A stretch of 63,348 nt of DNA, the filler included. It is 3 parts of 3 records of this genome, joined end to end, with 100 filler letters (N's around TTAATTAATTAA, not from the genome) between each part and the next. Parts side by side here need not be neighbours in the genome. Positions count along the whole stretch, not along the records: positions 26,376 to 46,383 come from SRR20825006_558; 2 more parts are not named here. One strand, given 5' to 3'. Each line of letters opens with the position of its first letter. Position 1 is the first letter of the stretch. The translations under genes and the position numbers were made by a program. The notes below the pieces were generated by a model. The model made no database searches and had not been told where the DNA came from. It saw only the letters and a program-made list of their open reading frames with translations. Of the stretch, positions 30,229-39,501 are shown piece after piece.

Positions 30229-31200
30229 TTGACGGCTAAAGCGAAGCTTTTTCTGAAGATTGCTGTCAGTTGTATCCTGATCGGGTCCTTGATCTATCAG
30301 GTGGATCTTTCGCGCCTTCTCTCTGCGGCCCTCTCGCCGTCTCTTCCGCTGCTGGCCTGCGTCGTCGGCATTGTTATTCTTCAGTTTTTTATCGGTGCTT
30401 GCCGCTGGTTCCTGCTGATCCGGGGAACCGGGGTGCCTCTGTCTCCCTGGCAGACATTTCGAATCCTGCTGGCGGGGATGTTTTTCAACCAGGCACTTCC
30501 AGGCTCCCTCAGTGCTGACACGGTGCGTATCTGGCTTGTCAGTCAGCACGGCCTTCCGCTGTCCCGTGCGGCGAGTACCGTGCTTCTTGATCGCACGGCT
30601 GGCCTTGTATCCGTTCTGACACTCTTGATCGTGACCAGTGTGACTGTTGCGAAGGTCGCGCCGGATCCGACTCTCGATACTGTTGCGATTCTTGTGGTGG
30701 GGGGCGCGCTTATCTTGTTGGCGATGGGGCTTTCCAGTGCGGACTGGATTGCGGATATGATCGAGGATCACCGGTTTGGCCGTCCTTTCGCTGCGATGCT
30801 CCGGGATTCCCGTGTGCTCTGGCGGGCAGGGTATCGATCGGCCATTGTTATCGGTCTGAGCTACTTGCTGCATGTCATCAGTGCGTTCGGGCTCTGGGTC
30901 GTGTTCCAGTCGATTTCGGTCGATGTCGATTTCCTGATGGTACTCGGCGCCTTGCCCCTGGTGATCCTCGGTACCTTGCTGCCAATCTCTGTCGGCGGCT
31001 GGGGCGTGCGGGAAGGCCTTATGGTCGGGATCTTCGCGATGACCGGCATGCCGCTGGAGCATGCTCTTGCAGCGTCCATTCTCTGGGGGCTGTCGGTGAT
31101 TGTCGCTGCGAGCCTTGGTGGATTGCTCTGGGTGCTGAGCCGTCCGGTCGTGGAACGCGTCGAGAGTGTGACAGAAGCCGCTGGCGGCCCGGCTGCCTAG
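30229..31200 (+). CDS. UPF0104 / lysylphosphatidylglycerol-synthase TM-domain (flippase-like) protein
   Basis: RW, FFNQALPGSLSAD, LLDR, LPISVGGWGVRE motifs; multiple TM helices. Confidence 0.85.
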   Translation: MTAKAKLFLKIAVSCILIGSLIYQVDLSRLLSAALSPSLPLLACVVGIVILQFFIGACRWFLLIRGTGVPLSPWQTFRILLAGMFFNQALPGSLSADTVRIWLVSQHGLPLSRAASTVLLDRTAGLVSVLTLLIVTSVTVAKVAPDPTLDTVAILVVGGALILLAMGLSSADWIADMIEDHRFGRPFAAMLRDSRVLWRAGYRSAIVIGLSYLLHVISAFGLWVVFQSISVDVDFLMVLGALPLVILGTLLPISVGGWGVREGLMVGIFAMTGMPLEHALAASILWGLSVIVAASLGGLLWVLSRPVVERVESVTEAAGGPAA

Positions 31201-32336
31201 CGTCCGTAAAAGCCCCGAACCACACCGATAAGATAATCCAGCTCGGCCGTTGAAAGATGCTGGTCTGCCGGGAAGCTGATGATCGTTTCCGCATGCCGGT
31301 CGGTCACCGGGAAGGCGCCGTCCGGATAGCCGAGGTGACGGAGCGCATCCTGTTTGTAGAGCGGGATCGGATAATGCACCTTGGCGTCGACCCGGTGCGC
31401 ATGGCAGTGGGCCAGCAGCTCATCCCGTCGTTCGGCATAGACCACATAGTTCAGATAGACGGAGCGCTCTTCCGGGCCTTTCAAGGCACGCCGGACGGGA
31501 AGCGTGATCTCGGGAACATCCGAGAAGGCCGCGTCGTAACGCTCGGCTGCTTTGATGCGGCCAGCGACGATATCCTCAACCCTGGCGACGATCCATTTGC
31601 CGACCACCGCCTGCACGGAATCGAGACGCGTATTGTAGCCGAGGATTTCCATCTCATCGCGGTTGCGCAGGCCGTGATTGCGCAACAGACGGCACATCCG
31701 GTCCATCTCGGGGTCGTCGGTGACGATGACACCGGCATCACCCCAGACATTGATGATCTTGAGGGGATGCATGGAGAACCCGCCAGCGATGCCCCAGGTA
31801 CCGGCCGGGCGGCCCGCTTCCGTCGCAAGGAGGCTTTGGCAGGCATCCTCGACCACTGACAGGCCGTGCTTTTCGGCAATTGCGGTGATCCGCGTCATGT
31901 TGGCCATGTCGCCGGCCAGATGTACCGGCATGATCGCCTTGGTGCGGGGTGTGATCGCGGCCTCAATCAAGTCAGGGGCGATCCCGAACGTATCGTCGCA
32001 ATCGACAAAGACGATCCGTGCGCCAGTCTCCGCGATGGCGCCTGCCGTGGCGTAGAAGGTATTGGCGGCGGTGATGACCTCGTCCCCAGGACCGATGCCG
32101 AGGGCCTTAAGCGGGATCTTGAGGGCGTCCGTGCCGGAGCCGACACCGATCGCATATTTCGACCCGGCTGCCGCCGCGAACATCTGCTCGAATTCACCGA
32201 CGACCTTGCCGAGAGTGAAGTCGGTGGAGCGGACCAGGATGCGCAGCTCATCGAAGATCTCGTCGACATCGGCGAATTGCTGTTCCAGGGGAGAGTAACG
32301 GACCTGCATGGGATGGCCCTCTGTCCCGGCAGTCAT
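31197..32336 (-). CDS. DegT/DnrJ/EryC1/StrS PLP aminotransferase (copy 1)
   Basis: SGTDAL, GPGDEVIT, EDACQ, SMHPLKIINVWGDAG with the PLP Lys, HYPIPL. Confidence 0.92.
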   Translation of the reverse strand: MTAGTEGHPMQVRYSPLEQQFADVDEIFDELRILVRSTDFTLGKVVGEFEQMFAAAAGSKYAIGVGSGTDALKIPLKALGIGPGDEVITAANTFYATAGAIAETGARIVFVDCDDTFGIAPDLIEAAITPRTKAIMPVHLAGDMANMTRITAIAEKHGLSVVEDACQSLLATEAGRPAGTWGIAGGFSMHPLKIINVWGDAGVIVTDDPEMDRMCRLLRNHGLRNRDEMEILGYNTRLDSVQAVVGKWIVARVEDIVAGRIKAAERYDAAFSDVPEITLPVRRALKGPEERSVYLNYVVYAERRDELLAHCHAHRVDAKVHYPIPLYKQDALRHLGYPDGAFPVTDRHAETIISFPADQHLSTAELDYLIGVVRGFYGR

Positions 32337-33442
32337 CAGAACGGTCCCTTGAAGAAAGGATCAGGCACGTCGAGCGGGAGATCCTTGCGGTCAGCCAGAA
32401 TGCTCTCCTCGATGGCGGAGATCCTGGCGTCGTCCAGTCCAATCATTTCGGCTGCGGTGCGGGCGATCCGGGCGGCATCCGGATAGAAGCCCTTGACCAG
32501 CCCGCGCGAGCTCGGCGTCGGGTGATCCGGCAAGCCAAGGCGGATCGGAGCGGCTTCAAGCAGGTCGAAACAGCGGCTTGTCACCTCGGAAGCGATCTCT
32601 GCGCCGATACCAAACATCCGGAATCCGGTATCGACGGTCAGCAGCCTGCCAGTGCGGGCTACACTCTCGACAATCGGATCGAGATTGAGCGGCCGGATAA
32701 CGCGGAGATCGAGCACCTCGACCGGATATCCGGCCTCCGCCAGCTTGTCGGCGGCGCGGACGGCTTCCAGCGTCATGTATGAGGTGGCAACAATTGTCAG
32801 GCCGTCGCCTTCGCGCACGGTGCGCGGGCCGTCGAGCGGACGGTGGACATAGCCTTCCGCGACCGGGCTTGTTGTATAATGCGACCAGCGATGCTCGATC
32901 ACGACCACCGGATTGGCATCTTCGACGGCGGCGGCGACCATGCCTTTCGCGTCTTCCGCGAAGGCCGGCATGATGACTTTCAGACCGGGCACATGGGCGA
33001 AGATCGCTTCCATGCTTTGTGAATGTTCCGGACCCTGTCCCCAGCCGCGTCCGACAATCATGCGCAGGACGAGCGGCACATTGTGGCGGCCGTTGCTGAC
33101 ATAATGGGTCTTGGCCGCATTATTCAGGATCTGTTCAAGCGCGAGCAGGGCGAACTCGACGCGCTGCAAGCTGACCACGGGGCGCTTGCCAGCCATGGCG
33201 GCGCCGATGGCGATGCCGATCAGTCCGTTTTCGGCGATCGGCATTTCGATCATCCGGTCATGGCCTATATGTTTGCCGATATCCTTCAGGGTACCGAACA
33301 GGGCGGCCGGGTCCTCGACACCTTCGCCGAAGAAGATGACCGACGGATCGCGCCGTGCCGCTTCAAGCAGGCCGTCACGGATGGCGGTGCCCATATTGAT
33401 CACCGGCGCATCCGGTGCACTGGTTGTTTCAGGCATAGACAT
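32336..33442 (-). CDS. TPP-dependent enzyme, E1 beta subunit-like (transketolase pyrimidine-binding and C-terminal domains)
   Basis: GEGV, EMPIAEN, GRGWGQGPEHSQ, VPGLKV, DLRVIRPL. Confidence 0.88.
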   Translation of the reverse strand: MSMPETTSAPDAPVINMGTAIRDGLLEAARRDPSVIFFGEGVEDPAALFGTLKDIGKHIGHDRMIEMPIAENGLIGIAIGAAMAGKRPVVSLQRVEFALLALEQILNNAAKTHYVSNGRHNVPLVLRMIVGRGWGQGPEHSQSMEAIFAHVPGLKVIMPAFAEDAKGMVAAAVEDANPVVVIEHRWSHYTTSPVAEGYVHRPLDGPRTVREGDGLTIVATSYMTLEAVRAADKLAEAGYPVEVLDLRVIRPLNLDPIVESVARTGRLLTVDTGFRMFGIGAEIASEVTSRCFDLLEAAPIRLGLPDHPTPSSRGLVKGFYPDAARIARTAAEMIGLDDARISAIEESILADRKDLPLDVPDPFFKGPF

Positions 33443-34397
33443 GGGCGAGGGCCTCGGTCGGTTCCGGCAGCGGGGAGTCGATGGCAAAAGCAAACGCGCC
33501 GTTCACTTCGGCCTGAATGTCTTTTTCGAGACCTGCGAAGCTGGCCGCGCCGAGCGTTCCGTTTTCTTCGAGCATTTTACGATAGCGTTCGAGAGGGTCC
33601 TGGGCGCGCCAGGTCTGGAACTCTTCTTCGGTCCGGTAGCCGATATGATTGTCGTAGTTCGGCCCGCAATGCTCGCGCCACCGGTAGGTGTCGAGTTGCA
33701 GGAATGTCGGGTTCCCGGAGCGCGCGGTCTCGACGGCCCAGAGTGCGGCCTCGCGGACGGCTTCGAGGTCGTTGCCGTCGACATGCCGGTGCTCAATGCC
33801 GTGGGCGGCCGGAATGTCGGTCAGCGGTCGGTCCGGCTGGCGGTCGGCGAGCTTGGTATAGACAGAATAAAGATTGTTCTCGCAGACATAGACGATCGGC
33901 AGTCCGCGAAGTTTGGCGAAGTTGGCGGATTCATGGAACACGCCCTCTTCGAGGCATGCATCGCCGAGGAAGGAGATCGTGACCTTGCCGTTGTTATCGA
34001 ATTTGTCTGACAGCGCGGTGCCCGTCGCCAAAGGGATTGAGCTTGCGACGATCGGAATGCTGGCCATCATGCCTACATCCGGGTCCATCAGATGCATGGA
34101 GCCGCCACGGCCGCCGATGCAGCCGTCCCGCTTACCGTAGATCTCCGCCATCATCGCCTTCAGGTTTCCACCCTTGGCAAGATAATGCGCATGGGAACGA
34201 TGGCTGCTGAAGAGCCGGTCATCGGGCAGGAGGGCATCGCAGACGCCGACGGCTGACGCTTCCTGACCGATGGAGAGATGCACCGGGCAGCGCATTTCCT
34301 GCTCGGCATAGCGTTCCGCAATGGTCTCCTCGACCAGACGAATGCGCAGCATCTGTTTCAGGCAGCGCAGCCTGTAGTCGTTCCCGGCGTCGGCCAT
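33429..34397 (-). CDS. TPP-dependent enzyme, E1 alpha subunit-like
   Basis: HLSIGQEA, HRSHAH, GRGGSMH, GDA...ENN TPP motif, TYRWREH. Confidence 0.9.
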   Translation of the reverse strand: MADAGNDYRLRCLKQMLRIRLVEETIAERYAEQEMRCPVHLSIGQEASAVGVCDALLPDDRLFSSHRSHAHYLAKGGNLKAMMAEIYGKRDGCIGGRGGSMHLMDPDVGMMASIPIVASSIPLATGTALSDKFDNNGKVTISFLGDACLEEGVFHESANFAKLRGLPIVYVCENNLYSVYTKLADRQPDRPLTDIPAAHGIEHRHVDGNDLEAVREAALWAVETARSGNPTFLQLDTYRWREHCGPNYDNHIGYRTEEEFQTWRAQDPLERYRKMLEENGTLGAASFAGLEKDIQAEVNGAFAFAIDSPLPEPTEALAHVYA

Positions 34398-34413
34398 TTT
34401 CCCAGCTCCGGCG

Positions 34414-35535
34414 TCAGATGAAGTTGATATGCATGGGCTGTTCGCCCTTCATTTCCGGCAATTCGAAGTCGCCCTTCTGGTAGCCGTCCAGGAATTCGTT
34501 GACCTTGTGCTGCAGGCACAGGCTGCCGCACATTTTCTGGGCGTTGAAGTCCGGGCTGGCGAGGTAATTCATCACTTCCCAGTAGCGGTCGCTGTAGAAG
34601 ATGTCGCGGAACCGTTCCTCGGTGATGTTGCCGATGTGGAACTTCTTGTAGCGCTCATTGAACAGCATGCCGCAGGGCGCGACCAGGCCGGAGCCGGACA
34701 TCTGCAGCATGAAGGGCGCGCCGTAACAGCGCTGGTAGCTACGCGTGCCTTCGGTATCGATTTTCGACCACTTGACCGTTACCTGGTAGCTGTCGTCGGA
34801 CAGAGCTTCTGCCGCGTGCAGTGTCTCATAGAGGTCGGCATAGCCGCTGTAATCGACGCCGAGGGAGCCGTCCTCGTCGTCGCTGCAATGCTTGATGACC
34901 AGATAGTCCGGCCGCAGTTCCTTGCCAAGCTGTGCCAAGGGCATGATCTGGTCATGATATTCCGGCATCAGCACCATCTGCATGCCGATGGTTACGTCGA
35001 GATTCTGCTCGCGCTTGATCTCGCCCATGGCCTTGATGTTTTCCGCGACCCGGTCGAACCAATGCTCCTTCACGCCCATGATCTCGGCATAGCGCTTGCG
35101 CTCACCGGCCGAGATATTGACGCGGAGATAGGTCAGGGACGGCAGGACCTCTTCCAGCTTGCGCCGGTTGAGCACGAAGCCGTTGGTACCGACTGCCATG
35201 GAGAGACCAAGCTCGTGCCCGTATTTGCAGGCGTCGACAAAGACCGGAGAGATCGTGCTCTCACCATCGGAGACCAGGCTGATGCCCTTGACGCCGATCT
35301 CGGCGCAGTCCTCGAGAAACTCGAAGATCGCCTTCTTGTCGATCACCTTGCGCTCGTTCTCCTGCAACATTGCGTAGCAGAAGTGGCAGGCGAAATTGCA
35401 GGCGCGGGTCAGCGACATATCGATGGTGATCGGCGCGATCCGCTCACCGCGCTCCCAAGCGTCGATACGGTCCTGGTGCCAGGCGATCTTGGTGCCGTCC
35501 AGGATCAGTTCAACGTGATCTGTCATTCCGGTCAT
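34414..35535 (-). CDS. Radical SAM protein with C-terminal SPASM/Twitch-like domain
   Basis: CNFACHFC (CxxxCxxC), DGES, TNG; C-terminal CYG...PCG...IGNI...CGSLC. Confidence 0.88.
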   Translation of the reverse strand: MTGMTDHVELILDGTKIAWHQDRIDAWERGERIAPITIDMSLTRACNFACHFCYAMLQENERKVIDKKAIFEFLEDCAEIGVKGISLVSDGESTISPVFVDACKYGHELGLSMAVGTNGFVLNRRKLEEVLPSLTYLRVNISAGERKRYAEIMGVKEHWFDRVAENIKAMGEIKREQNLDVTIGMQMVLMPEYHDQIMPLAQLGKELRPDYLVIKHCSDDEDGSLGVDYSGYADLYETLHAAEALSDDSYQVTVKWSKIDTEGTRSYQRCYGAPFMLQMSGSGLVAPCGMLFNERYKKFHIGNITEERFRDIFYSDRYWEVMNYLASPDFNAQKMCGSLCLQHKVNEFLDGYQKGDFELPEMKGEQPMHINFI

Positions 35536-35568
35536 GGCTAGGTTCCTTGGACTGTTGGTCCCGGTTCT

Positions 35569-36312
35569 TCAGAGACGCCGGATACGGTTCGCGTCCTTCA
35601 CCACTTCGGTGAAGAGTTCGATACGCTCGCCGGTCTGCTCGCGCAGCCAGCGCTCAAGTTTCATCAGCAGCAAGGGTTTGTCCCAAGCCGGAATCGCATC
35701 TGTAAAGACAAGGAAGAGGCGATCATACTGGTCGATTTCCACCAGTTCGAAGGCATCGCTTGCAATATCGTTTGCCATCTTGAAGCTTTCGATATGCGGT
35801 AACACGTGATCGCGCTTGGCCTGTTTGTCCAGGTTTTTCCAAGTTTCGCTGTAAGGACGATCAAAAAAATTTGTTTCCTTGTGGCGGCCGAACCGCTCTT
35901 CTGCTTCGCGCCGAACAGCAGCAACAAGACGCAACGGAATGGAGAAGCAAGCGCCGGCATTACGCGGTGTGACAATACCTGATACCGGTGCAGGTGCTTC
36001 GGGGTCTCGGAGAGACTGTAAAGCAAAGACGAGACCGTGCTCCACCACCTCTCGTACTGGAGCGCCAATCGCATGATCACAAAGCACATCTAGGACTGCT
36101 GCTTCCGGAGCTGCTTCCGGCGCGTAAAAACAGGCATCTGTAACAGTTTCCGTCTCGTCTTCCAGTGTAAGTGTCAGGCCTAGGCCTTCCGCTTCGACGG
36201 AAATCACCGGTGTATTTGATGGAGCTGCCGGCCCCTTATGAACAAGGTGTTGCAAACGATCCGCGATGGTTCTCGCGAATGCTTTCGGGGTATCAGCAAT
36301 ATCGCTCACCAT
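35569..36312 (-). CDS. Hypothetical protein, degenerate NifU-like (IscU-like segment plus Nfu-like segment)
   Basis: LTLTLEDETETVTDACF...LCDHAIGAPVRE resembles IscU; FELVEID...LLLMKLERWLRE resembles the Nfu domain. Canonical Cys motifs are absent. Confidence 0.5.
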   Translation of the reverse strand: MVSDIADTPKAFARTIADRLQHLVHKGPAAPSNTPVISVEAEGLGLTLTLEDETETVTDACFYAPEAAPEAAVLDVLCDHAIGAPVREVVEHGLVFALQSLRDPEAPAPVSGIVTPRNAGACFSIPLRLVAAVRREAEERFGRHKETNFFDRPYSETWKNLDKQAKRDHVLPHIESFKMANDIASDAFELVEIDQYDRLFLVFTDAIPAWDKPLLLMKLERWLREQTGERIELFTEVVKDANRIRRL

Positions 36313-36316
36313 GGCA

Positions 36317-36637
36317 TCACGCTTTGATATTGCTGATATGGACAAGGCAACAATCCTCGTGTTCTTCGAGTGAGATATTTGACACTGGTGAGAGAGCTTT
36401 TTTCAGCCCTTCTCTCTGGTCAGTTGGAAGGCTGCTGTTTTTGATCCGGATGGAAAATGCCCCAACACCGAATGCGCCGGCTGCTTCCACCATGTTCAAG
36501 ATGCTTGAAATGGTGTCTTCGTCCGGGACCCACATTTCGAGGAAATCCAAGTCCACACCGTGGCCGCGCAACTGATTCAGCAGCCGGTCCTCGTAGGAGG
36601 TGACAAGCTGCTCGTAATGGATGGCTTGCTCGCTCAT
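36317..36637 (-). CDS. Hypothetical protein (106 aa)
   Basis: GGAG RBS, ATG at 36637, tight operon spacing; FLEMWVPDED motif. Confidence 0.7.
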   Translation of the reverse strand: MSEQAIHYEQLVTSYEDRLLNQLRGHGVDLDFLEMWVPDEDTISSILNMVEAAGAFGVGAFSIRIKNSSLPTDQREGLKKALSPVSNISLEEHEDCCLVHISNIKA

Positions 36638-36653
36638 ATACTTTTCTCCAGCT

Positions 36654-37784
36654 TCACGAGGCTTTGGCAAGAAATGCGTTTACCGCATGTGCCACCCGCT
36701 GGATCTCCGCCTCGGTCAGGTTTTGGTGTATCGGTAGAGTGATGATCCGCTGCGATTGCTCTTCGGTTACCGGATAATCCCCCTGTTTGTGGCCAAGATA
36801 GGCTGCTGCTGGCTGTAGATGGATAGGTACCGGATAGTGGATCGCCGTGCCGATTCCAAGCGAAGAGAGGTGGCTCTGTAGCGCATCACGATGATCGACT
36901 TGGATGACAAAGGTGTGGAAGCTGTTGAACTCTATGTCCCGGCAAGGAGGTGAGAAGGCGAGCGCTGGATCTAGCAGCTCACGATAGCGTGCTGCATTGT
37001 TTCGTCGGCGTTCAACAAGCTGGCTCATATTGCCGAGACGGAAGTGAAGAATAGCGGCCTGGATCTGGTCCATCCGCGAAACCGAGCCAAAACGTGTAAC
37101 GGTGTTGCGGTCGATCAGTCCGTGATTGCGGTAGAGCCGCGCGAACTCTGCGATATCATCCCGGTCGGTTGTGAGAAACCCGGCATCGCCACAGGCATTG
37201 AGATTTTTAAGTGGGTGAGCTGAGAAGCAACCTGCATCTCCAAAAGAACCGCTTGGTTTACCGTCATAGAGCGAGCCGATGGACTGTGCCGCGTCTTCAA
37301 TGATCGCTAGACCATGCTGGTCTGCGATCTCCTTGATAGGGCCCATGTCGGCAATTCTGCCGGTTAGATGGACCGGCATGATCGCCTTGGTTTTAGATGT
37401 GATTTTTTTTTCGATCTCAATGGGATCGATATTCTGGTCCGGTAGCACATCAGCAAAAATCGGCGTAGCGCCGACATGGGCAATCACGGCGGTCGAAGCA
37501 ACGAAAGAATTCGGCGGAGTGATAACCTCGTCTCCCGCACCGATTCCGAGGGCAGCAAGTGAGATAATCAGCGCGTCAGTTCCGGAATTGAGCGTCACGA
37601 CATGTTTGGTGCCGCAGAGTTCTGTCAGTGCCTGCTCAAGTTTGTCGTTCCAGGGGCCTCCTACATACATACCGCTCCGCAGGACATCCTCTATGATCGG
37701 CATGAGCTCGTCGCGTTCTTCGGCGAACTGAGCGCCGATATCGACATAGGGGATCGGATTTTGTGAAGGTGTTTTTTCCAGCAT
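36654..37784 (-). CDS. DegT/DnrJ/EryC1/StrS PLP aminotransferase (copy 2)
   Basis: NSGTDAL, GAGDEVIT, EDAAQ, SAHPLKNLNACGDAG, HYPVPIHLQ. Confidence 0.92.
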   Translation of the reverse strand: MLEKTPSQNPIPYVDIGAQFAEERDELMPIIEDVLRSGMYVGGPWNDKLEQALTELCGTKHVVTLNSGTDALIISLAALGIGAGDEVITPPNSFVASTAVIAHVGATPIFADVLPDQNIDPIEIEKKITSKTKAIMPVHLTGRIADMGPIKEIADQHGLAIIEDAAQSIGSLYDGKPSGSFGDAGCFSAHPLKNLNACGDAGFLTTDRDDIAEFARLYRNHGLIDRNTVTRFGSVSRMDQIQAAILHFRLGNMSQLVERRRNNAARYRELLDPALAFSPPCRDIEFNSFHTFVIQVDHRDALQSHLSSLGIGTAIHYPVPIHLQPAAAYLGHKQGDYPVTEEQSQRIITLPIHQNLTEAEIQRVAHAVNAFLAKAS

Positions 37785-37825
37785 GCTTTTAGTCAATCCG
37801 TGTGTGCTCTGGGCCTGATGACAGC

Positions 37826-39364
37826 CTATTTCAATAGTGCGGTCAGAGCTTTGACCACGCTGACCTTATCCACCGAATCGCGGTGGCCGACAATTCCGAC
37901 TTTGATGGCACCGGCGATACTGCCGATCAGTCCGACATTTGCAATCTTCGTGTCAATCTTGGCCAGCGGTGCAGTAATCGCGAAGAACGCATCGCCAGCT
38001 CCCATAGTATCTACCACACGCGTGGTGAAGGCGGGGATATGTGATGGAGTCTGATCGTTGGCATCATACGCAACGCACCCATGCCGCCCGTGTGTCAAAA
38101 TCATCCGGCTACAATCCATCCGTTTTGGCAATATCTCCTGAGCAATATAGCCAAGGTCGCTGAAACGATCGCCGACGGCAAGGCGAGCTTCCGGGGCATC
38201 GATGCAGACATAGTCCGCGCGCGGGTATTTGGTGATTAAATTATACCCCCGATTAGCGCTGTTTGTCTGGGCGTTGACAGCAAGAAACGGAGCTGTTTCG
38301 CAAATCAGATCAACGGTGTCTCCGGTGATGAGGCCGTGGCCGAAATCTGCAGCCATGACAACATCGTATTGAGGTGCGAGTTCACTGATCTTGGCATGTA
38401 ACTGCTCCTTCGCGACCTGAGGCAGAGGTGAATCCTCGATAAACTGAACTTCGAACAATTTGCGAAGATAGCTGTTGTCTACATAGCGCAGCTTGCGAGT
38501 GGTCGGCGCGTTAGGTCGATAGACTGGGACGATGTTCACATTGTCTCGTGTATGTGCCTCGACAAAATGTTCGCGCGAATCACTTTCGCCAAAACAGGTA
38601 AGAATATCGACTTGCCTGCAAAAGCTCGCGACATGGTTTGCGGCAGCAATAACCCCTCCGGCAAACATCTCAATGTCATGATGGCGGGTAGACATGATAT
38701 TTTCTTTGGAGGGCTGTCCCGAGGGCGTGACGTACTGATACTCATCAAGAATGGTGTCGCCGATTATCAGGATTTTCATGTCTTGTATTTGATCGATCAG
38801 ATCAAGAATGGGTTGTAATCCGATCTCGGCGCGTACCTGGTCCAGATAGTTACGCACTTCCGGTTCGAAAACATCGACATGGCGATTGATGAGCTGGCTT
38901 GAGCTGAAGGTGATATCCTCTGTAAAGACGACGCGACCGCCGTGGCTCTCGACCGCTTTCCGCTCGTCAACGATTTTGCCGGTTACGTCCTGTGCTGCGT
39001 CGACGTAATCCGATCCCTTGATATAGGCGTCCGGCTTGATGGCGTTAATGGCATCTTCGGCAGAGGGCGCGGGATTGATGCCTACCCAGCTGACATATTC
39101 CAGAGCTGCAAGCATTTCTGCTCTCAGTTGGTCTGTGAAAACTGGTCGGCCCGGACCTTTTCGGACGAACTCATCAGCAGTAACGGTGACAAACAAGACA
39201 TCGCCTTCGCGTCGAGCATGCTCCAGGTGACGCACATGTCCCAGATGCAGCAAGTCGAATGTGCCATGCGCATGCGCAATTTTTTTACCATCTTTCTTGA
39301 GTCGTTCAGAAATCTCAGAAAGTTGGGAAAGCTCTTTGATCTTGTTGCGCGCGCTAAGCGTCAT
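37826..39364 (-). CDS. Bifunctional nucleotidyltransferase + PfkB-family sugar kinase (HldE/RfaE-like, reversed domain order)
   Basis: N-terminal HGTFDLLHLGH (HxGH), KGPGRP, KGSDY; C-terminal DFGHG and DTMGAGDAF. Confidence 0.88.
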   Translation of the reverse strand: MTLSARNKIKELSQLSEISERLKKDGKKIAHAHGTFDLLHLGHVRHLEHARREGDVLFVTVTADEFVRKGPGRPVFTDQLRAEMLAALEYVSWVGINPAPSAEDAINAIKPDAYIKGSDYVDAAQDVTGKIVDERKAVESHGGRVVFTEDITFSSSQLINRHVDVFEPEVRNYLDQVRAEIGLQPILDLIDQIQDMKILIIGDTILDEYQYVTPSGQPSKENIMSTRHHDIEMFAGGVIAAANHVASFCRQVDILTCFGESDSREHFVEAHTRDNVNIVPVYRPNAPTTRKLRYVDNSYLRKLFEVQFIEDSPLPQVAKEQLHAKISELAPQYDVVMAADFGHGLITGDTVDLICETAPFLAVNAQTNSANRGYNLITKYPRADYVCIDAPEARLAVGDRFSDLGYIAQEILPKRMDCSRMILTHGRHGCVAYDANDQTPSHIPAFTTRVVDTMGAGDAFFAITAPLAKIDTKIANVGLIGSIAGAIKVGIVGHRDSVDKVSVVKALTALLK

Positions 39365-39501
39365 GACATTTTCCGTCAACTCTGACTCATACATTAAATT
39401 CGATCATTATCCCGCAGCATCGACGGTCTGGCTGCGCTTTGGCGCCTTTGCGTTCCTACTAGAGTCAATGAGGGAGTTTGTCCATCCGTTGTGCCGATTG
39501 G

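Noticed and set aside
32336-34397. Calling the E1 alpha/beta pair pyruvate or acetoin dehydrogenase (pdhAB/acoAB)
   Set aside because: No E2/E3 or lipoyl domain nearby, and the pair is coupled to sugar aminotransferase and radical SAM genes.
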